A stretch of DNA of 57,026 bases from an uncultured Gammaproteobacteria bacterium (GCA_964535515.1 CAZHTA010000006.1:1-57026), one strand, 5' to 3'. Positions 28,456-37,792 are shown, counted from the first letter of the stretch. Notes: generated by a model not told the origin, from the letters alone. Numbers and translations: made by a program.

Positions 28456-29923
28456 ATGTTTTTATTCGATAAAGCCAGAAAAGGATTAAAAGATAAACCA
28501 AAAGCATTGCTACAAACGGCAGACTAAAGGTTAAGCTACCCACTGCCGACAAATTACTAACCCATATAATATATCTTAAACCGACGTCGGCGGCAAATGC
28601 AACTAATAATCCTAAAGGAAAAACGACAAAACTAACGAGCAGTGCCAAAAAACCCAACAACATTATCACTGGAATAAAACCCACTACTAGAATATTGGCT
28701 AAAATTGCTAAAAGTGGAATTTTACCAAAATAGAAAATAATTAATGGTAAAGTAATTACCAACGCCCCCAAAGTAGTGAAAAAAAGGTCGGACACTAACT
28801 TTTTTACTCCCACCAATTCTTTACTACCAATAAAATATTTAGTTAATAGTGGGCCAACATAGGAAACACCGACGGTAGCGATAAAAGACAACTGAAATCC
28901 AACATCAAACATAATCCTTGGATTAAATAACAACATCGCCCCAGCAGCAAATAAAAGCGAATTTAACATTCTAGCTGGTCGTCCCCAATAGCTACCAAGC
29001 ATAACAAATATTGACATTACTGCTGCCCTAACTACGGATGCAGTAGCACCAGTAAATAGAGTAAACAAAATTAAACTAATAGTTGATAACCAAAATGCTT
29101 GCCGACGCCAACAACCAATAAAAATAAAAACGGCCATTACTACTAAGGCGATAATACTAGTGTTGTATCCAGACACAGCCACAATATGCGACAAGCCCGA
29201 GTTGCTAAAAGAAATTTTTAATTCTTTAGGCATACTCCCCCGCTCACCATACAAAATCCCGGCCATTAACGAAGCTTGTGGTTCTGGCCACAAGGAGTTA
29301 ATTTTCTCACTTAGCAACATCCGCCAATTAAACAAAGTTTTCCCTAAAAAATTTCCACCACCACTGCCCACTTTATCTAATTTAGCAAAACTACAAGTAG
29401 CAAAAATATTTCGTGTCACTAAATATCGTGCATAACCAGCTGACGTATCATCAGGGAAATCAAACTGACATAATATTTTTAACTTGTCACCATAAACATA
29501 GCGCGGATAAAGAGCGGCTTGAACAAGAATATCACCTCGATAATCATCGGGTTTAACAACATACGCTACTCCGTCAATTCCAAGCTGCACACCAGACACC
29601 GCCCCTACTACTGCAATTTTCTTCCCCACCAAACTCGCCACGTGGTCTCCTCCCAATTTAGGCATTGACCAAACTCCGCGCAAAAAACCAAAGGTAAATA
29701 ACAATAAAAACAAAATCACTAAACGTATTTTAAAATCTTTGCCCAACCAAGAAAAAAGAAATAATAAAAATAACGTGGCAAAATAACTAACCATCAAAAA
29801 AGTCTGACGTTCTTTAACTAATACTAAACTTAAAAAAATACCAAAAATAAAAAGACCGCACCCCAATAAAAAAGTACGGCTTTTAGAATTAATCACTAAA
29901 TTAAAACCCTCCCTTAAATCCAT
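28439..29923 (-). CDS. comEC: ComEC/Rec2 competence channel domain protein (membrane part only)
   Basis: 494 aa, polytopic, with an OB-like N-terminal region and the competence-domain motif SNSGLSHIVAVSGYNTSII. Confidence 0.85.
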   Translation of the reverse strand: MDLREGFNLVINSKSRTFLLGCGLFIFGIFLSLVLVKERQTFLMVSYFATLFLLFLFSWLGKDFKIRLVILFLLLFTFGFLRGVWSMPKLGGDHVASLVGKKIAVVGAVSGVQLGIDGVAYVVKPDDYRGDILVQAALYPRYVYGDKLKILCQFDFPDDTSAGYARYLVTRNIFATCSFAKLDKVGSGGGNFLGKTLFNWRMLLSEKINSLWPEPQASLMAGILYGERGSMPKELKISFSNSGLSHIVAVSGYNTSIIALVVMAVFIFIGCWRRQAFWLSTISLILFTLFTGATASVVRAAVMSIFVMLGSYWGRPARMLNSLLFAAGAMLLFNPRIMFDVGFQLSFIATVGVSYVGPLLTKYFIGSKELVGVKKLVSDLFFTTLGALVITLPLIIFYFGKIPLLAILANILVVGFIPVIMLLGFLALLVSFVVFPLGLLVAFAADVGLRYIIWVSNLSAVGSLTFSLPFVAMLLVYLLILFWLYRIKTYVKKS

Positions 29924-29925
29924 AA

Positions 29926-30870
29926 CTACTTAATTACATGAAAAGCAGTAAATACTTTCTTTAAAAACAACGGCCCAGCGTCTACGTTATCAACTGTCAC
30001 TCGACGCCAAGAATAAAAGTTATCAACGCTTGGGCGTCCACCGGCTAACACTCTAACCGCCCCTAAATACCCTGCCTGCTTGGCTACTTCATATACTGAG
30101 GCATTAGCGAAACCATAGGGATAAGCCAAAACAAAAATTGGTACATCAAGCTTTTCTTCGATAATTGCTTTGCTGCCAGCAAACTCTTCTAACAAAACAT
30201 CCTTTGAAATATTAGCAGAATATTTATGGCTCATCGTATGTGACCCCACTTCCACCAAACCACTATCAACCATCTCTTTTAACATTTCCCAAGAAACATT
30301 ACCATTCTTCCCAACGTCCTTAGTAATCACAAATACGGTAGCGGGAATATTGTATTTCTTCAATAACGGAAAAACAATCGTGTAAAAATCTCGGTAACCA
30401 TCATCAAATGTTATCGCCAATGTCTTACGATATGGTGACAAAAATGTAGAATTATTAAACGAATACTTCAGATACGCTTCCGTCATTTTTACAAAACTAT
30501 AACCATTGTCCTGCAAATATTTAATTTGATTCTCAAAACTAGTTGGTGTTACTGACCAACGACTGTATTGATACTTTGGATTGGTACTAACACGATGATA
30601 CATTAAAATACCAAAATCGGTCTGATATTTTTCTGGATAAGTAGACGAGGCCTGCATTTTAAACGTCGAAGAATTATCCAACAAGGTTTGATCGGCTTGA
30701 CGCAACGACGCTAGCTGTTGGTCAGACGCATAATCTTCAATATCTAAACCCGAATACAAAAAAGTACTCCACCAAAACAAAAGCCCGGCAGTAATTAAAA
30801 ATACAGCGCCGAGCGATAGTATCCACTTTAAATTTTTGTGATGGCTAAAAAATTTCATCCTACAAAACAA
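29926..30870 (-). CDS. polysaccharide deacetylase (NodB homology domain)
   Basis: 314 aa with a TM anchor, ITFDDGYRDF and GSHTMSH. An alternative start at MKFF (30858) would remove the overlap with leuS. Confidence 0.85.
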   Translation of the reverse strand: MFCRMKFFSHHKNLKWILSLGAVFLITAGLLFWWSTFLYSGLDIEDYASDQQLASLRQADQTLLDNSSTFKMQASSTYPEKYQTDFGILMYHRVSTNPKYQYSRWSVTPTSFENQIKYLQDNGYSFVKMTEAYLKYSFNNSTFLSPYRKTLAITFDDGYRDFYTIVFPLLKKYNIPATVFVITKDVGKNGNVSWEMLKEMVDSGLVEVGSHTMSHKYSANISKDVLLEEFAGSKAIIEEKLDVPIFVLAYPYGFANASVYEVAKQAGYLGAVRVLAGGRPSVDNFYSWRRVTVDNVDAGPLFLKKVFTAFHVIK

Positions 30871-33800
30871 TACTAACTAATTTGCCTTTTACATATATCA
30901 CTTTCTTCGGTTCCTTACCTTCCAACCACTTCTGAACTTTTTCTGATTCTAACGCAACTTTTTTTGCCTCGTCTTCGCTAATATCAGCCGCTACTTCCAA
31001 AGTATCACGTAATTTACCATTAATCTGTACAGCTAGAGTAATAGTCTCATCTTTTGTTAAAGCAACGTCAAACTTTGGCCAAGCCGATTCAAACACTGTC
31101 CCCTTGCCATTAAATTGTTCAAACAATTCATCCGACAGATGCGGTGCAAACGGAGAAACTAATTTAATCAAAGTTAAATACATTTCTTTGTTTACCGAAT
31201 CTGCTTTTGATAACTCATTAACAAAAGTCATCAACTGAGCAATGGCCGTATTAAACCGCATTGCTTCAACGTCCTCAGTAATTTTTTTAATAGTTTGATG
31301 TAAAGCAATAACCAGCTTTGAATCAGGTTCTCTTTCATTAATTTTTTCCTGCAGCGACCAAACTTTTTCTAAAAATCTTTTCATACCAACCAACCCTTGC
31401 ATATTCCAAGCACAAGGTTGATCAAAAGGACCCATAAACATCTCATACAGCCGCATGGAATCAGCACCGTATTCTTCCACTACTTCATTAGGGTTAATCA
31501 CATTACCCCAACGCTTACTCATTTTTCTTCCATCAGCCGCTAAAATCAAACCAACATTCTGTAATCTGGTAAATGGTTCCGGATAACTAACAACACCGAT
31601 ATCATACAAAAACTTATGCCAAAAACGTGCATAGATTAAATGGCGAGTCGCATGTTCTGCTCCACCAACATACAAATCAATTGGTGACCAATATTTTTCT
31701 TTTTCCTTATCAACCAACGCATTACTATTATTTGGATCAATATATCGTAAATAATACCAGCAAGAACCTGCCCACTGCGGCATAGTATTGGTTTCGCGTT
31801 TAGCTGGGCCACCACAGGTTGGACACTTCGTATTTACCCAATCAGTAATATTTACCAACGGCGATTCACCTGTTCCACTTGGTTCGTAATTTTTAACTTT
31901 CGGCAATTCCAAAGGCAATTCACTTTCCGGGACTGGAACCCAACCAGAATTTACATTCCGAGAAAATTCCTCTGTTATTTCTGGAAGCTCATTAACTCCG
32001 GACCCCGCACTAAAATGACCCTTATTTTTAAATACCTTTACCGTCGCTTCCAAAGCAGAATAGTCTCCTTCCACGTTCATCGGAATATATGGATCATTAT
32101 CAGATAAATAAACAACTCTTTCACTAGCAAGATTTTTTAATTTGTCTAAATCAAAATTCTGCTTATTAAACGACCGAATACTCTCAATACTCTCTTCTTT
32201 GCAACCAGCCTTCGACAAATTATCCCAATTTGCCTCTCCTTGAGACACGCCGGTTGGTGCAACTAAAATTAATTTTTCAACTGCTAAATTATTTTTTAAT
32301 ATAAATTGACACGCTGCTGGCGCTCCCAAACTATGACCAATGACATACAACTTGTCTTCTTTGGTCAATCCCAACTTTGAAAGTTGATCTGTCCATTCTT
32401 CCAAAGTAGGGTGTTCGGCGTTAACCATATCTGGGATCAAAACATCAAAACCTTTGCTCTCCATTTCTTCTTTAAACCAAGGAAACCAATTCTCTTTTGA
32501 ATGGCCGCATACACCGTGAATTAATAGAATCTTTAATTTTTTGTTTTTACACTTCTCACAATGCACAAGCGGAATTGGTTCTCCCCAATATCTTTGACGA
32601 GAAAAAACCCAATCACGTAGTTTATAATTAGTTGTCAATTTACCACCAGCAAATTCAGTAATTACTTTTTTAGCTTCTTCAGAATTCGTTCCACTAAATT
32701 GACCAGAATTTTCTAAAATTCCAACACCAGAATAAAGTTCATTACCTCTCACTCTTCGCCAAATAATCTTCATATCTTCGTGAGTGACAAAAGAATCCAT
32801 TTCTTCTGATGTCAACCATTTTATCTCATGCAAAGCCTTTTCTTTCTCTTCTATCTCCGCCTGCTCACCATCTTTTAATTTAAATAACAATGGCACAAAG
32901 TGCGCAAAACGATTCTCCTGCTTAGCTGCCTGATAAAACTGTGCATGGACAGTGCCTCCAACGAACCCAACAAATTCTACATTCTTGTAACCAGTCTCTT
33001 CAGTAATTTCTCGAGCTCCTGTTGCGCTTGGTTCTTCTCCACTTTCTACACCGCCGATAACAAAACCCTGCCAATAAGTATTGTTCCATCTGATACCCAT
33101 GTATTTGTCTTCACTCCAATGCTTTACCACACAAACTACAGCATTACGCTCTTTAAACGGCACCCCATCTTTAACTGCGTCAGGTCCTTCGGTTCTCACG
33201 GTTAAAGGCGCAACCACTTCACGAATTGGCAAATCATACTTCCTTGCAAATTCAAAATCCCGCTCATCATGTGCTGGCACTGCCATAATCGCACCCGTGC
33301 CATAGCCAGTTAAAACATAATCAGCAATAAAAATTGGCAATTCTTCTTTATTGACCGGATTAATTGCCTTAATACCTTTTAATTCCACACCTGTCTTGTC
33401 TTTTTGTAATTCTGTACGTTCTAGCGAAGTTTTCTTTCTGGCGTTAGAAATATATTCTTCGACACTATCCCAATTTTTAATCTTCTCACTTAACTTTTTC
33501 ACCAGCTCATGTTCTGGAGCCATCACACAATATGTCGCCCCAAACAAAGTATCAGGCCGAGTGGTAAATACCTCTAATTTATCTTCTGTCCCTTTGATAT
33601 CAAATTTCAATAATGCCCCCTCGCTCTTACCAATCCATTCCTTTTGCATTAATTTTATCGATTCTGGCCAGCCCTTCAACTGATCCAAATCCTTAAGCAT
33701 ACGCTCAGCATAGTCAGTAATCTTTAACACCCACTGACGCATTGGCTTTTGTTCTACCTGGCTACCACAACGTTCACACAAACCATTATCCAAATCTTCA

Positions 33801-34303
33801 TTCGCCAAACCCGTCTTGCACTCTGGACACCAATTAATTGGCTCATACGATTCAAACGCTAAGCCACGTTTAAACATTTCAATAAACGCCCATTGTGTCC
33901 ATTTGTAATATTTTGGATCAGTAGTATTTACTTCTCGATCCCAATCATAGGTAAAACCTAAAAGACCAAGCTGTTTTTTAAAAGTTTCAATATTCTCCGC
34001 TGTAGCAACCGCCGGATGTACTTTGTTTTTAATTGCGTAGTTTTCTGCTGGCAAACCAAATGCATCCCAACCCATTGGATGTAATACATTGTACCCTTGC
34101 ATCATCTTCATTCGTGCAACAATATCGGTCGCAATATATCCCTTCGGATGACCGACATGTAAACCAGCGCCAGACGGATATGGGAACATATCCAAAACAT
34201 AGTACTTTGGCTTATCACTACCCTCTTTAGTTTTGTAAGTCCCATTATCTCCCCAATATTTCTGCCATTTCTTCTCAATTTTCTTATGGTCGTATTTTTT
34301 CAT
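30860..34303 (-). CDS. leuS: leucyl-tRNA synthetase with inserted Nudix and alpha/beta serine-hydrolase domains
   Basis: 1147 aa with HIGH (HVGH), TTRPDT, AHDERDFEFA, RDWVFSRQRYWGEPIP and KMSKR. The extra Nudix box is GGVESGEEPSATGAREITEETGY (aa 417-439). The extra YdeN-like module is at about aa 587-785 (GHSLG). Confidence 0.95.
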   Translation of the reverse strand: MKKYDHKKIEKKWQKYWGDNGTYKTKEGSDKPKYYVLDMFPYPSGAGLHVGHPKGYIATDIVARMKMMQGYNVLHPMGWDAFGLPAENYAIKNKVHPAVATAENIETFKKQLGLLGFTYDWDREVNTTDPKYYKWTQWAFIEMFKRGLAFESYEPINWCPECKTGLANEDLDNGLCERCGSQVEQKPMRQWVLKITDYAERMLKDLDQLKGWPESIKLMQKEWIGKSEGALLKFDIKGTEDKLEVFTTRPDTLFGATYCVMAPEHELVKKLSEKIKNWDSVEEYISNARKKTSLERTELQKDKTGVELKGIKAINPVNKEELPIFIADYVLTGYGTGAIMAVPAHDERDFEFARKYDLPIREVVAPLTVRTEGPDAVKDGVPFKERNAVVCVVKHWSEDKYMGIRWNNTYWQGFVIGGVESGEEPSATGAREITEETGYKNVEFVGFVGGTVHAQFYQAAKQENRFAHFVPLLFKLKDGEQAEIEEKEKALHEIKWLTSEEMDSFVTHEDMKIIWRRVRGNELYSGVGILENSGQFSGTNSEEAKKVITEFAGGKLTTNYKLRDWVFSRQRYWGEPIPLVHCEKCKNKKLKILLIHGVCGHSKENWFPWFKEEMESKGFDVLIPDMVNAEHPTLEEWTDQLSKLGLTKEDKLYVIGHSLGAPAACQFILKNNLAVEKLILVAPTGVSQGEANWDNLSKAGCKEESIESIRSFNKQNFDLDKLKNLASERVVYLSDNDPYIPMNVEGDYSALEATVKVFKNKGHFSAGSGVNELPEITEEFSRNVNSGWVPVPESELPLELPKVKNYEPSGTGESPLVNITDWVNTKCPTCGGPAKRETNTMPQWAGSCWYYLRYIDPNNSNALVDKEKEKYWSPIDLYVGGAEHATRHLIYARFWHKFLYDIGVVSYPEPFTRLQNVGLILAADGRKMSKRWGNVINPNEVVEEYGADSMRLYEMFMGPFDQPCAWNMQGLVGMKRFLEKVWSLQEKINEREPDSKLVIALHQTIKKITEDVEAMRFNTAIAQLMTFVNELSKADSVNKEMYLTLIKLVSPFAPHLSDELFEQFNGKGTVFESAWPKFDVALTKDETITLAVQINGKLRDTLEVAADISEDEAKKVALESEKVQKWLEGKEPKKVIYVKGKLVSIVL

Positions 34304-34306
34304 ATG

Positions 34307-34780
34307 CTATATTATTACAAACTCACTTTCATTCATTAACGATTTTAATCGCAACAACTTTTCTACTATCCCTGGTATCGTCGCAATCTTTGGTTCAAAA
34401 CTTTCCAACTCATTTAGTGGCACCCACACATAATCGGAATATTCTTCGTTCAATTTAACCTCACCACCAACATGCTCACAATAGTAATGCGGCAAAACCA
34501 TGTTACTTCCATCTTTTTTAAGAAAATATACTGTTGTATTAAAAACTGGATATAATTTAATTTTAAAATTACTGCCTACTTCTTCGTTCTTCTCGCGTTG
34601 CATACCAGCAACAATTGATTCATCAGTTACTTCCATCTTCCCGCCGACAAAAGAATACACCCCATCAAAATCATTTTCGCCTTTCCGCCTAGCCAAAAGC
34701 ACTGCTGACCCATCAGCAGAAAAAATCACCAATTTCTGACAATTTTGAAAACAATACTGAGTTTGGTGAGTTTCTGACAT
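34307..34780 (-). CDS. Nudix hydrolase
   Basis: 157 aa with the Nudix-box variant GGKMEVTDESIVAGMQREKNEEVG, which has one extra residue between the first Gly and Glu. Confidence 0.8.
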   Translation of the reverse strand: MSETHQTQYCFQNCQKLVIFSADGSAVLLARRKGENDFDGVYSFVGGKMEVTDESIVAGMQREKNEEVGSNFKIKLYPVFNTTVYFLKKDGSNMVLPHYYCEHVGGEVKLNEEYSDYVWVPLNELESFEPKIATIPGIVEKLLRLKSLMNESEFVII

Positions 34781-34843
34781 AAGAAAAAATTACCTTTAAG
34801 GGTAACTTGATTTTACTAAAATAACAGAAAAAAGGCAAGAAAG

Positions 34844-35707
34844 CTATTCCTGACAATTCGGACAAAAATGTGTCCCTCGACCAGCAACACGAATTTTTTT
34901 AATAACACCCTTACAATGTCGACACTTTTCCCCTCCCCGCCCATACACTTTTAAAAACGTTACATGACTACCGCTTTTACCTTCGCTATCCACAAAGCTA
35001 TTAAACGTCGTCCCCCGGTTCTTAATGGCTAATTGCAAAACTTTGCTAATACACTTAAATAATTTCTTCTTCTCAGCTTCTGTAACTTTATCTACCCTTC
35101 TCTCTGGTTTAACGCCAACGCAAAAACAAACTTCGTCAGCATAGATATTGCCTAAACCCGCAATTAATTTTTGATTCATGAGTAGTGCTTTAATATTTGT
35201 TTTTCTTTTGACGAATAATTTGGCAAAAGGCTGATATTTAAAATCAGCGGTTAGCGGCTCAATACCAAAACTTTTTTCTAAAATCCTATCCTTCTCCTCC
35301 CCAGTTACCAATTTAAAATATCCAAAACGACGCAGATCATTAAAAAACAACTCCGAACCGTCAATAAACGTAACAATCACCCGAGTAAATTTGTTAGGCA
35401 ATTCAAAATCAATACTACCCAAACTATGCCCACCAGCAGTAATCTTTTTCTTCTGTCGATAAATTAACTGTCCGGTCATTTTTAAATGTATTAACAAAAA
35501 CAATTTACTCTTTTGAAAAGAAAAGTACAACAACTTGCCTCGACGGTTAATCGCTGATATTTTGTCGCCTACCACTACTTGTTTAAACTTTTCCACTGGA
35601 TAATGGACAGACTTTTTTTGTAAAACCAAAACATTAACAATTTTTTTACCAATTATCTTTTTTTCTAAATCCCGCCTAATTGTTTCCACTTCTGGTAATT
35701 CTGGCAT
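34844..35707 (-). CDS. mutM: formamidopyrimidine-DNA glycosylase (Fpg/MutM)
   Basis: 287 aa with N-terminal PELPEVE, H2TH and a C-terminal zinc finger (CRHC...CPNC). Confidence 0.93.
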   Translation of the reverse strand: MPELPEVETIRRDLEKKIIGKKIVNVLVLQKKSVHYPVEKFKQVVVGDKISAINRRGKLLYFSFQKSKLFLLIHLKMTGQLIYRQKKKITAGGHSLGSIDFELPNKFTRVIVTFIDGSELFFNDLRRFGYFKLVTGEEKDRILEKSFGIEPLTADFKYQPFAKLFVKRKTNIKALLMNQKLIAGLGNIYADEVCFCVGVKPERRVDKVTEAEKKKLFKCISKVLQLAIKNRGTTFNSFVDSEGKSGSHVTFLKVYGRGGEKCRHCKGVIKKIRVAGRGTHFCPNCQE

Positions 35708-35770
35708 ACATTTTAGAATACTCAGCTATTGTACAAATAATAACAAAAACAATCAATATATCCGTTAACC

Positions 35771-35798
35771 TTGACTAAAACACTAATTATGGTAATAT
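35771..35798 (+). promoter_or_regulatory. promoter of high-GC cassette 1
   Basis: TTGACT (35771-35776), 16-nt spacer, TAATAT (35793-35798), in AT-rich DNA about 40 nt before the GC-rich block. Confidence 0.55.
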
Positions 35799-35837
35799 CC
35801 TAACCAATAGTGCGCAAATTGGAGGGGAGGGATACTC

Positions 35838-36044
35838 ATGCTGAGAACAACGTTCAAGCGCATGGCGCGCGATCTCTTCGGCAACCTCGCGGTTGCCGGA
35901 ATCACCCTGGTGGCTCTGCCACCACTCCTGGGTCTGAAGGCGGCTGTGATCACGACCGCCGTCGCTGCCAACATGGCCGAGGCCGCGGTTCACGCCGCGG
36001 AGAAGACCATCATCGCCTTCTTCCTCGTCCCCACCGAAACCTAG
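35838..36044 (+). CDS. small hydrophobic protein (68 aa), high-GC cassette 1, gene a
   Basis: The SD GGAGGGGAGGG lies 7 nt before the ATG. The product has a basic N-terminus followed by Ala/Val/Leu-rich helices (GNLAVAGITLVALPPLLGLKAAVITTAVAA). Confidence 0.6.
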   Translation: MLRTTFKRMARDLFGNLAVAGITLVALPPLLGLKAAVITTAVAANMAEAAVHAAEKTIIAFFLVPTET

Positions 36045-36082
36045 CGGGAACACCGCGTTCGGCACCCGCCGAGGAGGTAATC

Positions 36083-36280
36083 TTGCTGGACATTGCAAGC
36101 GATATCGTCGAAAAAGGCTACGACACCCTCACCGAGCCCTTGCACCGCCGCCGGCCACTGGCTGGCGACCTGGTCGAATTCATCCTGTGCATCGGCACCC
36201 TCCTTGTATTTGGCGCCGCCGCCACCCTCTTCACCCAAGAAGGGCGAGCCTGGGCCAAGCGCATCACCACCTTCAACTGA
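36083..36280 (+). CDS. small membrane protein (65 aa, TTG start), high-GC cassette 1, gene b
   Basis: The SD GAGGAGG lies 5 nt before TTG 36083. There is one TM helix (LVEFILCIGTLLVFGAAATLF). It is the C-terminal part of ORF-track frame 35810..36280, whose upstream part overlaps gene a out of frame. Confidence 0.5.
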   Translation: MLDIASDIVEKGYDTLTEPLHRRRPLAGDLVEFILCIGTLLVFGAAATLFTQEGRAWAKRITTFN

Positions 36281-36341
36281 CAAAGTTGAAACCAGTTATT
36301 CCTGCCAACTGGCCAAAAAGGCAGGATCTATCGAAATTAAA

Positions 36342-36376
36342 ATGAGCTCCGAATTTACGGAGCTCATTTATTTTTC
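36342..36376. terminator. bidirectional terminator between cassette 1 and gdh
   Basis: ATGAGCTCCG-aattta-CGGAGCTCAT followed by TTTATTTTT. Confidence 0.7.
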
Positions 36377-37605
36377 TAAATTTTAATCTTACTTGCTACC
36401 CGTTCAACCGCCTTAACAAATGCGGCCGTACGCATATCAATGTCGTACTTCTCTTTTGTCTCCCACACTTCACTAAACGCCAACACCATCATTGGTTCTA
36501 ATTTAGCAAACACCTGGGTTTCCGTCCATTTCTCGTTTTTAATATTTTGTTCCCACTCAAAACAAGAAACTGTCACACCACCCGCATTAGCTAATACATC
36601 TGGCACTAACACTACTCCTAGACTTCTCAAAATCTCATCTGCTTCCGGTGTAGTTGGACCATTGGCCATTTCGATTATTACTTTCGCCTTAATGTTATTA
36701 ACGTTATCTTTCGTAATCTGATTTTCCATTGCTGCTGGCACTAAGATATCTACCGGCAACTCCAACAGCTCCTCGTTAGTAACATTTTGTGTTCCTGTTA
36801 AATTTTGTACTGAGCCAGTTTCTTCTTTGTGTTTAAACACGGCATCTAAATCTAAATTCTCTGAATACACACCACCTTTGGAGTCGCTAATTGCTACTAC
36901 TTTGTAACCTTCACTTTTCAAGATCTTGGCCATAAAACCACCGACATTACCCATACCTTGAATGGCCACTTTGGTAACACTTGGATCTAACCCTAATTTT
37001 TTTGCTAATTCTTTTACCACATATACCCCACCTTGAGCCGTAGCAGTTTCGCGCCCTTCAGAACCACCGTCCGCAATTGCTTTACCAGTAATTACACCGG
37101 GATCAGCATGACCTAAAAGTTTTTCAAATTCATCACGCATCCAGCCCATAATCTGAGGAGTGGTATACATATCTGGTGCTGGCACATCTTTGTCTGACCC
37201 AATCTCACGCCAAATTTTTTGAATATATCCTCGTGACAATCTTTCTAATTCACCCACTGATAACTTTTTAGAATCAACTATCACTCCACCTTTGCCACCA
37301 CCCATTGGAATATTTACAGTTGCACATTTTACCATCATCCAAAAAGACAAAGCTTTTACTTCATCGACTGACACATTCTGGTGATACCTAATACCACCCT
37401 TGTAAGGACCCATGGCGTCATTAAACTGCGAACGATACCCGGTGAATACATTAACCTCGCCATTATCCATCCGCACTGGGATAGCAACAGTTAAAATGCG
37501 ATCCGGTTGTTTCAGTATGGCATGAATATTTTTATCAAGATTCATTATCTTGGCGGCCTTATCAAGCTGGGCCATGGCGTTAGAGAAAGGATTACTGTTT
37601 TCCAT
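36376..37605 (-). CDS. gdhA: Glu/Leu/Phe/Val-family dehydrogenase, most likely glutamate dehydrogenase
   Basis: 409 aa with the catalytic Lys motif (NIPMGGGKGGV) and a Rossmann motif (GMGNVGG). Confidence 0.9.
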   Translation of the reverse strand: MENSNPFSNAMAQLDKAAKIMNLDKNIHAILKQPDRILTVAIPVRMDNGEVNVFTGYRSQFNDAMGPYKGGIRYHQNVSVDEVKALSFWMMVKCATVNIPMGGGKGGVIVDSKKLSVGELERLSRGYIQKIWREIGSDKDVPAPDMYTTPQIMGWMRDEFEKLLGHADPGVITGKAIADGGSEGRETATAQGGVYVVKELAKKLGLDPSVTKVAIQGMGNVGGFMAKILKSEGYKVVAISDSKGGVYSENLDLDAVFKHKEETGSVQNLTGTQNVTNEELLELPVDILVPAAMENQITKDNVNNIKAKVIIEMANGPTTPEADEILRSLGVVLVPDVLANAGGVTVSCFEWEQNIKNEKWTETQVFAKLEPMMVLAFSEVWETKEKYDIDMRTAAFVKAVERVASKIKI

Positions 37606-37687
37606 ATCTTTTATATAGCTAGATTATATTAATTAAAAAGGAATATCTTTGTTTTAAAAACCCACCAAGTGTTTAGAGGGTAACTAC

Positions 37688-37715
37688 ATTTTACGCCTTC
37701 CAAAATTGACGTCAA
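37688..37715 (-). promoter_or_regulatory. gdh promoter
   Basis: Minus strand TTGACG (37710-37715), 16-nt spacer, TAAAAT (37688-37693). The -35 is part of a perfect 10-bp palindrome, TTGACGTCAA. Confidence 0.55.
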
Positions 37716-37792
37716 GGGAACAAAAAACCATAAAATACAAAACCCACCATAACAGGCGGATTTAATGATCATACAGCAAGATTATGAAGAAA

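Noticed and set aside
31949-33208. Inteins as the explanation for the LeuRS insertions
   Set aside because: The insertion boundaries lack the Cys/Ser ... His-Asn-Cys/Ser/Thr splice junctions, and no Hint or endonuclease blocks are present. Instead the segments contain Nudix and Ser-Asp-His hydrolase motifs.
35783-36386. Antisense and overlapping ORFs in cassette 1 (35783-35974, 35787-36098, 36041-36283, 36093-36386, and the upstream part of 35810-36280)
   Set aside because: They are Arg/Pro/Gly-rich products typical of off-frame high-GC DNA and have no SD. The two frames I kept each have an SD at the correct spacing and a membrane helix.
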